In this document: positions 47,636 to 55,755 of the stretch, one piece after another
Layout of the letters: every line of letters starts with the position of its first letter
Position numbering within the stretch: position 1 is the stretch's first letter
IMG/VR virus record: IMGVR_UViG_3300038463_000401
DNA from: a virus
DNA: 64,000 nucleotides
Strand: one strand, 5' to 3'
Position numbers and translations under genes: made by a program
The notes under the pieces: model-generated
Told to the model about the DNA's origin: nothing
What the model saw: only the letters and a program-made list of their open reading frames with translations
Database searches by the model: none

Positions 47636-48374
47636 CCTTTGCCCTTACGAAGCGATGCCCGACTGGACCTCGCCAGTACGCCTGGACGCGTAGCAAAACC
47701 TCGCCGATACGCAACCTGAGAATACTAGGCCACTACGTGAACTCGCCTCGCCTTAATTTGCCGATGCCATGCATTTCGCTACCAAGCCTCCGCATCGCCG
47801 AGAGGTGCGATACCACACCGCTACACAACTGCGCTGCACATCGCCGTGCCCCAACTGAACTTTGCGGTAACCCACAGTACCTCAACAAAAGATCGCATTG
47901 CAGAACCGCCACTCAACTCCGATTAACTCTGCTTCGCCCATGCCCTACGTCGTCATACGATGCCCTAACTTCACGGTAATGCGCTTTGCCCTCGCCAGAA
48001 CTGAACGGTGCGATGTAAGACTATGCCCTAACGGCAATAAGCTATGCCTAGACATTACCCGAAATGACAGTACCCCGACTCCACCGTGCGATGCATAGCC
48101 CCCGCAGAAAGGGACCGCGCAACGCAGCACCTGTACTTCACAGCACTAGGCTATGCCACTGCAAAACGGATCGATGCTATACCACTACCATGCTGAACTG
48201 AACGGCGCTGTGCCACAACTCAACTCAACAACAGCCTGCTTTGCCTTAACAAAACTTCACGGGATTCGACAGGGCAGCGCCGAAGCTTCGCGTCGCGATA
48301 GCTCGCCTCGCCGTGACGGGACTCGACTCCACGACACCATGCCTTCGCCCGACCACGTGGTGCCATGCCCTGCC
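47636..48374 (-). ncRNA. Non-coding 5-nt-periodic (GGY/NGY)-NN array, putative guide-RNA precursor (VIPR-like)
   Basis: The - strand right after the stop codon reads GGC AG GGC AT GGC AC CAC GT GGT CG GGC GAA GGC AT GGT GT CGT GG AGT CG AGT CC CGT... The pattern persists to the terminator, and no long - strand ORF spans it. Confidence 0.8.
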
Positions 48375-49217
48375 CTAGCTAAGCTTCTGTATTTCATGTG
48401 AAAACATTCCAGCCCCACTCGAGCGCCATTGGCCAAGCCCAACCAGTTCTCCATAGGAGAACATGATTTCCAGAGGAATCCCCGTGAATGTCGGCTCTAC
48501 CCCCTTCTTATACTCGATCGCCTTAATCAACGGCGAACCACTCATTACCTTCAATGTGAAGTTAAGCTTTGCCCCTGCAGGTACGGCCTCCGACTTCGCC
48601 AAACACACGCGCTCACCCTGCGGTGTCTTCGCGCGCAAGGAACGCTGCAGATAATAGATCGAGCCGTCTTCGTTATGCCGGAGATCCTGATCGAACGGGA
48701 TAAACTGCTTCTCGCACCGGACGTGCTGGTTGATCAAGCTCTGCGTATAGGACGTGGAGTGTAGAGGCAAGCCGTTAAGGCGAGGCGTGCCGGCGCGCCC
48801 AATCGCCTCAGCAGCCGCCTTCAGAAAACCGTTGATCATGTGGCTACCAATGCATGGCTTGTTCGTCTCCTTATCCCAAAAGAAGATTGTAGTGCCGGTC
48901 GTCTTCAACTCAACGAGCGTCTCCTTCAACGACTTGAGATCGCCAGCCACCGCGGCCTTGCGCTCATCATCGGTAAGCGTGACGCCCGTCAGCTTCTCGA
49001 GACGATCAATCAGCATGTTGACCTCCGCCTCGCCACGCTGCGCGGAGATCTGAATAGCGTCCAGGTACTTATTGATCTCCTTGTTGACCTGGCTTTCTTC
49101 GAGGATGAGCTTCCTTTCCTTGCCGATGATGTGCTTGTCGTGAACGTTAGGATCGCAGGGGTTGGTGCCGAGCTGGTCGCGGAGCAATGTCAGTTGAACT
49201 TGGAACTTCGTAAACAT
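48375..49217 (-). CDS. Solitary Cas7/RAMP-superfamily protein (Vipr-like)
   Basis: N-terminal QLTLLRDQLGT strand, IGSHMINGFLKAA helix, RSLRA.TPQGERV.LA.SE, and the C-terminal G-rich loop YG..VGLGQWRSSGAGMF; no other cas genes in the window. Confidence 0.82.
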   Translation of the reverse strand: MFTKFQVQLTLLRDQLGTNPCDPNVHDKHIIGKERKLILEESQVNKEINKYLDAIQISAQRGEAEVNMLIDRLEKLTGVTLTDDERKAAVAGDLKSLKETLVELKTTGTTIFFWDKETNKPCIGSHMINGFLKAAAEAIGRAGTPRLNGLPLHSTSYTQSLINQHVRCEKQFIPFDQDLRHNEDGSIYYLQRSLRAKTPQGERVCLAKSEAVPAGAKLNFTLKVMSGSPLIKAIEYKKGVEPTFTGIPLEIMFSYGELVGLGQWRSSGAGMFSHEIQKLS

Positions 49218-49294
49218 CTTAACCCTTTCAGGGAAATGGCAAGCCCAGCCTTGGGAACACCAAAGCTGGGCGTGATGGTAAGTCAGTAACTGCG

Positions 49295-49603
49295 TTACTT
49301 CTTCGGCGGAAGCGGGGCGGGCGGCTGAATACCAGCCTTCTGTTCGAGGGCAGCGAGGCGGGAATTAACCATACCGGCGTAGTCGTTGACGGCTTTGCTG
49401 TTCTGGTCAACAACTTGAGAAACATGCGCAGCATTGGCTGCCACGTCCTCCAGCTTGATCTGCCCGCGGCCGGCAAACCAACTACCGCCTCCTAGGACAA
49501 GAGCCGCGAGGCCTAGGACGTAGCCGCGGTCAGCGACCCGTTCCCATCTGTCCATGCGAACGACAGATTCGGTGTGGACGAACTTAGTAGCTTCTTCTCC
49601 CAA
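49295..49603 (-). CDS. Small single-pass membrane protein
   Basis: GYVLGLAALVLGGGSWF hydrophobic segment followed by a coiled-coil-like tail. Confidence 0.6.
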   Translation of the reverse strand: MGEEATKFVHTESVVRMDRWERVADRGYVLGLAALVLGGGSWFAGRGQIKLEDVAANAAHVSQVVDQNSKAVNDYAGMVNSRLAALEQKAGIQPPAPLPPKK

Positions 49604-49658
49604 GGGGAACTCCTCTAAATGTTGGAAAGTGCGCGGGGCGTTAGCCCCGCCTACCCGC

Positions 49659-49940
49659 TTAGCGCGAACGGTTCACGGCTTCCTTGAAGCCTTTACCCGG
49701 CCTGAACTTCGGGTACTTCGACGCGGGGATGCGAATCTCCTCGCCCGTTTGCGGGTTGCGGCCAGTGCGAGCAGCGCGGGCGCTTTTCTCAAAGATGCCG
49801 AAACCAGCCAAGACTACCTTGTCTCCCTTTTTCACGGCAAGTGTGATCTCACTCGTGATCACGCCGAGCACTTCTTTCGCGGCCACTTTCGTGATGCCGG
49901 CCTTCTTAGCAATCGCACTAACCAAGGTTTGAGCGTTCAT
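49659..49940 (-). CDS. hup: HU-family DNA-binding protein
   Basis: GDKVVLAGFGIFE...RAARTGRNPQTGEEIRIPA...PKFRPGK signature; AGGAGG RBS. Confidence 0.96.
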   Translation of the reverse strand: MNAQTLVSAIAKKAGITKVAAKEVLGVITSEITLAVKKGDKVVLAGFGIFEKSARAARTGRNPQTGEEIRIPASKYPKFRPGKGFKEAVNRSR

Positions 49941-50024
49941 TTCTCTTTCTCCTCCTGGTTAAAGACCGTTCTTTAACCGATGTTAATGTTGGGAGCATTA
50001 ACCAGGGGTGATGAAAGATCAAGC

Positions 50025-50456
50025 TCAAAAAGGTATCTCGTCCATACCGGGCAGGGGCCCCTCGTGCTGCTGAGCAGCTGGCTTCTGCCCAGATGCCGCC
50101 GCAGGCTTACCTTCCGCAGCATTGGGGTTGCCCCCAACGAACTTGACCTGCTCTGCGACGATCTCTGTCGTCCAGCGGTCCTTGCCCTCTTTATCCTGCC
50201 ACTTGCGAGTCTGAAGACGGCCCTCGACTAGCACTTGGCGGCCTTTAAGCAAGTACTTGCCGCAGTTCTCAGCAAGCTTCTGCCAAGTCACGATGCTGTG
50301 CCATTCCGTGAACTCTTGCTTGTTACCATCTTTGTCCGTCTTATAGTCGGTTGTCGCGATACGAAAGTTACACACAGCCGTCTGGTTCTGTGTGTAACGC
50401 AGCTCGGGGTCAGCCCCCAAGTGGCCAAGGAGGAGGACCTTATTCATGGAAGCCAT
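50025..50456 (-). CDS. ssb: Single-stranded DNA-binding protein
   Basis: [18 protein letters not shown]...TEWHSIV...[16 protein letters not shown]...TTEIVA and C-terminal DEIPF. Confidence 0.97.
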   Translation of the reverse strand: MASMNKVLLLGHLGADPELRYTQNQTAVCNFRIATTDYKTDKDGNKQEFTEWHSIVTWQKLAENCGKYLLKGRQVLVEGRLQTRKWQDKEGKDRWTTEIVAEQVKFVGGNPNAAEGKPAAASGQKPAAQQHEGPLPGMDEIPF

Positions 50457-50486
50457 TGGAATTCCTTACTTAAATGGTGTTACGTA

Positions 50487-50840
50487 TTAGTGCGCGACTT
50501 CGGCGCCCGCTTCGCTGTGGCCATTGGAATAGCCAACCGGGGTGTCATCTTCCTTGGTGATGAAATCCTCGAACTTGGCCGGCTTGGCCACGATCGTGCC
50601 GCAGCCGCCAAGGAGGACGTGATGGCCCTTTAGCGTGATCGCGACAATGTCACCGCGGTCGGCGGCAGCCTTCACTTCCGCAGTAAGGCGCTTGACAACA
50701 CAAGCCGTGCCCGCGGGCACGTTAATGCAAAGCACGCCAGCCATCGGGGCGCGAGCTGCCACGACTTTGCGCTTGGCTTTGATTTTGGACTTCGTCCGCG
50801 ACTTAGACTTGGCTTTCGCCTTTTTCTTACCACGAGGCAT
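50487..50840 (-). CDS. Hypothetical protein with Lys-rich N-terminus
   Basis: AAGGAG RBS; first gene of the - strand block. Confidence 0.65.
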   Translation of the reverse strand: MPRGKKKAKAKSKSRTKSKIKAKRKVVAARAPMAGVLCINVPAGTACVVKRLTAEVKAAADRGDIVAITLKGHHVLLGGCGTIVAKPAKFEDFITKEDDTPVGYSNGHSEAGAEVAH

Positions 50841-50927
50841 TTGAATTCTCCTTATCGGGCACTGCCCGAGTGTTGTTCACTATTCTCCTACTCCTCCCTG
50901 AAGTCTGGTGCAACATTAATCTAGCCA

Positions 50928-50942
50928 CAAATGGCTTATACC
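50928..50942 (-). promoter_or_regulatory. Recurrent promoter-like motif (copy C)
   Basis: Plus strand reads CAAATGGCTTATACC, at a divergent junction. Confidence 0.55.
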
Positions 50943-50988
50943 GTGTTTTTAAAATGACTGCGGAGCGGGGTTCTGCTACCGTCGGTGC

Positions 50989-52206
50989 ATGGCTGACCAC
51001 AGTATCTACGAAAAAGACCACCCAGCACGACAGGCCACCAAGTTTGCGATCTGCATGGGTCGTGTTACTTCGGTCGATCCCGCCTCGCGCTTATGTTCGA
51101 TCAAGACGTTCAACGGCACGCACCCCAGCGTCGAAGACCGGGTGATCGATAAGTGCCAGTGGCTGAGCATGGACGCCAACCCCGCGGGGGACGAGTGCAC
51201 GTCCATCCCTAGAGTGAACTCTATCGGCATGGTGCTAATCATCCAGGGCGAAGCCTACATCTTCGGCTTCATCCGTGGTCTTAATTCCCAGGCCCAAGCC
51301 ATTACTGGGGACGAGGTCGCCCAGTTGACCGAGGGCGATAAGATCTTCTCCACGGTCGGTGGGAATTACTTTCAGATCTCCGCCAACGGTCTCCTCCAGC
51401 TCTACTCAAAGGCCACCCTCTACACACTGTACATTCCCAACGGAAAAGCAGGTGGCACATCCCTCCTCGCAGATCTCTGCCGCAACTACCAGATGGACGC
51501 TGACGGCGGCCACATCGACTGGAAGAGCGATGAGACGGACAACACGCTTTTTAACGCTACGTACCGAAATAACATCGCCCCAATCGCAACGCTCATCGAG
51601 CAGAATGGCGCGGTCGACGGCGGCCTAACAGTTATCCGCCGCATAGCCGTGGCGCCGGGTACCGGTGCTTTCGGCAACATCTTCGTCTATGAGCAAACGG
51701 TAGGTGTGGACGGAACAGTAACCACCACGGTCGGCCCTCCAGGCGTGGCCGCCTATATCTCCACGGTAAAGCCTGACGGGTCGTTCTCCGTGAACAACGG
51801 GCCAGGCGGCTCTGGCGGCTACAGCGCGGCGGTAGACCCCACTGGCGCCCTCGATCTCGCGTTCGGCCCTCTCGTATCCGTGAGTGTCGGAATAGACGGC
51901 GCGATCGATGTGACCACGCCAGGCCTGAGCTTCTCCGCGGATGCCACAGGCAATATTGACGTGACCTCCGCGGGCAAGGGCAGCTTCACTTTCGCCGACG
52001 ACGTCGATATGACAATCGCGGGGGCGGTCAAGATCGTCTCGCTGGGAGACGTGACGCTGTCGGCCGCGGGCGGTATCAAGCTCGACGGCATCGGCGGCGA
52101 AGGCGCCGGTGCGATGTTTGGCGTGCTCACCTTTCCTAATGTGATTGACCCGCTGACGGGGACGCCGCTTGGGCCGGGAAGTACCACAGTCACCGCATCC
52201 ATCTAG
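50989..52206 (+). CDS. Baseplate spike (gpV/gp5-like) protein
   Basis: N-terminal OB-fold pattern GRVTSVD...WL...P.VN..GMV, followed by beta-helix-like repeats. Confidence 0.7.
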   Translation: MADHSIYEKDHPARQATKFAICMGRVTSVDPASRLCSIKTFNGTHPSVEDRVIDKCQWLSMDANPAGDECTSIPRVNSIGMVLIIQGEAYIFGFIRGLNSQAQAITGDEVAQLTEGDKIFSTVGGNYFQISANGLLQLYSKATLYTLYIPNGKAGGTSLLADLCRNYQMDADGGHIDWKSDETDNTLFNATYRNNIAPIATLIEQNGAVDGGLTVIRRIAVAPGTGAFGNIFVYEQTVGVDGTVTTTVGPPGVAAYISTVKPDGSFSVNNGPGGSGGYSAAVDPTGALDLAFGPLVSVSVGIDGAIDVTTPGLSFSADATGNIDVTSAGKGSFTFADDVDMTIAGAVKIVSLGDVTLSAAGGIKLDGIGGEGAGAMFGVLTFPNVIDPLTGTPLGPGSTTVTASI

Positions 52207-52215
52207 GAGAATCAC

Positions 52216-52422
52216 ATGAGGTCCATACTCAACGCTACCGACACCACCATACTGCTTGACGACGAGGTCATCGGCCTGATCGCCAAGATCTCGATCACCT
52301 ACAAAATGGAGTCGATCCTCGTCGAGGCCGACATCGAATATGTGAGCGGCGAGAAGGGGCCCTACTTCGTCGAGAGCATCGACTACGGCGGCGCGTTGAT
52401 CTGCCTGCGCAGCAAGACCTAA
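52216..52422 (+). CDS. Small hypothetical protein
   Basis: AGGAG RBS; coupled to the next gene. Confidence 0.6.
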   Translation: MRSILNATDTTILLDDEVIGLIAKISITYKMESILVEADIEYVSGEKGPYFVESIDYGGALICLRSKT

Positions 52423-53111
52423 TGCCAGCGCCCACCTCAGCTCAACTGGTTAGCTTTATTAACCAGTCATTTCAGCAGCAAGGATCTGGCGGCTCGCAAT
52501 TCTTCCAAACGGTGGCCACGGCGATCGCCAGTGGCTGGTCCACCTGGGAGACGGGGCTCGTGGTTGGCGCGCTTACTTGCTCCGGCGCAGGCGTCGGCGC
52601 ATGGGCCGGTATGGGACAAGGAGGCGCGATCGGCGGCGCGCCCTACCAGCTGCCGCCCACTGATTTTGACAAGCAAGACGCCAAGCAAGTCAAGCTAGTT
52701 AACGGCTTGCGCCAAGTTTTACCACAATTCATGACTACGTGGTCAACTTCGTTCAAGTTTCTATCACTGGCCTATATCGGGGCGAGCACCGCTACGATAC
52801 CCAATCCCGGCACGGTGACCGCTACCAATACGCCAACCCCATTGGGGTCAGCCGGCAAGGGCACCGACCCCATTGGGGCTATGATCGCCCAGGCGTGGCT
52901 TGCCACGTTGACCCCACCGGACTTTGACCTCAGCTCGCCGAAGGGCAAGACGCAGGAGCTTGTCAACGCTATAAGTAGCGCGATAGAACAGGCATTTGGT
53001 ACTATCTGGCTGTTAGGTGCGACCGTCACTGGCAACGCGCTCTCGGGCGCCGCCGCGCCGGGCGGAGTAGTAAGTGGTCTTCCTAGCCAGACCAATGGTA
53101 AAATAGTTTGA
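52422..53111 (+). CDS. Baseplate-associated hypothetical protein
   Basis: Gly/Ala-rich, directly downstream of the spike gene. Confidence 0.55.
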   Translation: MPAPTSAQLVSFINQSFQQQGSGGSQFFQTVATAIASGWSTWETGLVVGALTCSGAGVGAWAGMGQGGAIGGAPYQLPPTDFDKQDAKQVKLVNGLRQVLPQFMTTWSTSFKFLSLAYIGASTATIPNPGTVTATNTPTPLGSAGKGTDPIGAMIAQAWLATLTPPDFDLSSPKGKTQELVNAISSAIEQAFGTIWLLGATVTGNALSGAAAPGGVVSGLPSQTNGKIV

Positions 53112-53139
53112 CCTTTGACCTTTTTAAGGGGCACGCACA

Positions 53140-55176
53140 ATGACTCTTCCCGCTAACCTCTTCGTCGATACTCCCGAGATGGAAGACGTCTCCCTCCACC
53201 ACCTCAGCAGCAACGTCGAAGAGTGGCCGGAAGAGATCATCACCAAGGTGAAAGAACGCCTCCCGCGCGCCGGCGGCATGAACATGATGGTCAAGTTCAT
53301 GAAGAAGGACGACGAGAACGGCTGCGCCACTGGCTCGGTTGTCGCCCACAGCTCAGACAAATCAGCCATCATCCCGATCATCGTCAAAGACTTCATGCTC
53401 TACCCACTCGACGTGTTCATCGCGGACAAGAAGCTGTTGCCACTGAATCCCAACTACTTCGACGCGGTCTTCTCCAAGAACGAACTCTTCGATAAGATCG
53501 AGGAGTACCCGACATTCGGCGGTCTTGGGAGGTTCGAGGATGCAAATCTCTGGAACGCAATCTATCCTCCTTCTCTTGGGCGTTATGCTTACGCTAGTGC
53601 CGGATATCCTATACTTGATTCGATTGCCGAAACGATTGATGGAACAGCGCTTAGCGGATTCCTTAAAGAGCCAGGAAACGCCAAGTACGCCGCCCGACTC
53701 CTCGCAGGGCCCCACGCCGAAGTGATCCGCAAGGTCGCCAATCTGCGTCCGGTGAACATGAATGAATTCACCCAAGGCGTGACCAACCTGATCCCGCGCA
53801 GCGTCGTCATGCTGCGCCGCGGCGGCCCCAATAAGTACAGTTTACTATCCAATAGCGACACCGTGTTCCATCCCGGCGTGATGCACATGAACCGGCACGA
53901 AATGATGCAGAACCTCTCCACGCTGTGTGAGAAGCCGGAAGACGAGATGAACGACGTCGACCAGAACGGCGAGAAGTTCCTCGTGTTGCCAACGCCAAAA
54001 AACAACGTCATCCTGGCGAAGGAAGACCAGGAAGTTCCTGAGTCTGCCGATGAGTTCGGCCACTACGTCGTCAAGGCCAAGACTGGCGTTGAAGTCGAAG
54101 GCGTCGTCGTTCCTCACGTCGTGGACTTCGACCAAAAGCGTGTTGACCTGAAGGTCTTCCTTGGAAAGACCATGTCCACGATTCAACCGAACATCTTCGG
54201 CGTGCGAGTCAAAAACAGCCGCTTTAACCCACTCCGTGAACAGTGCCATCCGCAAATCGGCCAGACCGGCACGTTCCTCTACATGGCGGACAGCAAGCAC
54301 GGCCTGTGCACGATCCCAGTCACGATCCATTCCGTCACCGACGACTGCGGCCAGCTCTCCCTTAAGGCCCATGACCTCATGGGTCGGGCGATGAAGCTGC
54401 ACCTACAGAGTTCCTCTGGACCTGGAAGTGTCCAACGCATCGTCAAGACCGGCCCCGGCGAATATATGCTTCCGCATTCCATGCGCTGGGTCGCCATGGA
54501 AGACTTCGGAGAAGTCACCAACTCGGTTGACGACTACGCCGTGAAGCAAGCCGGTGCCCGCAAGACCGACTGGCCAGTCACCGTGATCGGCATGGGACAA
54601 GGCGGCTACGCGATCCGCGGCGCGGACAAATACGCTAGCGCGATGGGAGTCGACAAGACGAACCTCGACGCTGGCACCGTGCGCTTCCTCTTGGCCTCGC
54701 TAGGGGCTGGCCAAGACAAGATCGCGATGGCGTTTGACCACATCCGCAAGTTCGGCGCTGCTGAGTTTCATAACCTGAACCGCGTGCCACTATTCGCTGA
54801 GAAGGTAGCGAAAGCGAGGCCGCTGGCGGCCAAGATCGCCGCGGTTGCCAACGGTCTGCGCTGCAACCTCTGGAAAGAGGCGAGCATGCTTCAAGGCTTG
54901 TCCAAGAAGGCCAGCGCCCTCGAGAACAGCCAGACCGTCGACGCGCTGCTATCCTTGAACTTCGTTAACCCAGACAACGTGTCTAAGTACGTCGGCAAGC
55001 TACCTAGTCTCAAATCGGCTGTCTCGCACCTCGCCTCGTGTCTTTTGGCAAGCCGATTAGGAATGAAAGAGATCCCCGAGCTCGCAGCGAGCACAGCGAT
55101 GGTTCGCCTTGTCGAAGTGGTCGACGGGCTAGAGAAACTTAAGGCGACGCATGATATTGCGGCGCAACAGGGGTGA
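53140..55176 (+). CDS. Large KxA-rich putative prohead core/maturation protein
   Basis: 678 aa with many K-x-A triplets (KYA, KVA, KQA, KIA, KEA, KKA); near the terminase; function inferred. Confidence 0.5.
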   Translation: MTLPANLFVDTPEMEDVSLHHLSSNVEEWPEEIITKVKERLPRAGGMNMMVKFMKKDDENGCATGSVVAHSSDKSAIIPIIVKDFMLYPLDVFIADKKLLPLNPNYFDAVFSKNELFDKIEEYPTFGGLGRFEDANLWNAIYPPSLGRYAYASAGYPILDSIAETIDGTALSGFLKEPGNAKYAARLLAGPHAEVIRKVANLRPVNMNEFTQGVTNLIPRSVVMLRRGGPNKYSLLSNSDTVFHPGVMHMNRHEMMQNLSTLCEKPEDEMNDVDQNGEKFLVLPTPKNNVILAKEDQEVPESADEFGHYVVKAKTGVEVEGVVVPHVVDFDQKRVDLKVFLGKTMSTIQPNIFGVRVKNSRFNPLREQCHPQIGQTGTFLYMADSKHGLCTIPVTIHSVTDDCGQLSLKAHDLMGRAMKLHLQSSSGPGSVQRIVKTGPGEYMLPHSMRWVAMEDFGEVTNSVDDYAVKQAGARKTDWPVTVIGMGQGGYAIRGADKYASAMGVDKTNLDAGTVRFLLASLGAGQDKIAMAFDHIRKFGAAEFHNLNRVPLFAEKVAKARPLAAKIAAVANGLRCNLWKEASMLQGLSKKASALENSQTVDALLSLNFVNPDNVSKYVGKLPSLKSAVSHLASCLLASRLGMKEIPELAASTAMVRLVEVVDGLEKLKATHDIAAQQG

Positions 55177-55179
55177 GAC

Positions 55180-55428
55180 GTGGAACACTTCTTCGCAGGT
55201 TTTGAGAAGAGGGCTCTGAGTGAGGGGCTTCTCTATAAAGCTCACCGTGCGGCTCAAGCTGGTGTTGGCAAGGCAGTCGCTGCGGGCAACAGCGCGTTGG
55301 CAACGAAACGCGTAGGTCAGGCAGAGCGGTTCGGAATGGCAGCGCTCAAGAAGAGGCCTAAGGAGCACTTCGGGACTCACCCAGGAGAGAACGGGGAGCG
55401 TGTGTTGGCTCCTTGGATGAAGAAGTAG
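55180..55428 (+). CDS. Small protein with FFAGFEKRA tag
   Basis: GTG start right after the previous stop; carries the recurrent tag. Confidence 0.65.
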   Translation: MEHFFAGFEKRALSEGLLYKAHRAAQAGVGKAVAAGNSALATKRVGQAERFGMAALKKRPKEHFGTHPGENGERVLAPWMKK

Positions 55429-55431
55429 CCC

Positions 55432-55749
55432 TTGAAGCACTTCTGGCACGGCTTTAGCTCGAAAGTCGCATCCCAGGTGCAGTTCAAGAAACACGTCCTC
55501 GTTCTATACTGGGAGCCTGGTGCCGCCGTTTCCGACGAGACGCGCAGCACTTTCGGTAAGATGGCTCTGCGCTTTCCCTCCGTAAAAGTGAAACTGGTCA
55601 ACGTCAAAAAAGATCCGACAGCCCCCGTGCAACACCATGTAGCTAAGTTCCCTACGGTTTTGCTCTTACGAGATGGCCGGGAAGTTGATAGACTGACCGG
55701 TGGGGGCTCATCGCTTCTCGAACAGTTGTTTCGCAAAGCGCATGTATGA
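55432..55749 (+). CDS. Thioredoxin-fold protein lacking CxxC, with FWHGF tag
   Basis: VLVLYWEPGAAVS replaces WCxxC; V..FPTVLLLRDGREVDRLTG cis-Pro strand is retained; the protein has no Cys. Confidence 0.72.
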   Translation: MKHFWHGFSSKVASQVQFKKHVLVLYWEPGAAVSDETRSTFGKMALRFPSVKVKLVNVKKDPTAPVQHHVAKFPTVLLLRDGREVDRLTGGGSSLLEQLFRKAHV

Positions 55750-55755
55750 CAAGCA

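Noticed and set aside
47636-48374. Canonical CRISPR array next to the Cas7-like gene
   Set aside because: There are no identical 25-45 bp repeats with unique spacers; the periodicity is 5 nt.
47593-48454. Short tracked ORFs over the array (e.g. 47593-47979 +, 48153-48401 +, 48257-48454 -)
   Set aside because: They lack RBS, show low-complexity Arg/Cys/Pro translations, and a 5-nt period is incompatible with codon structure.
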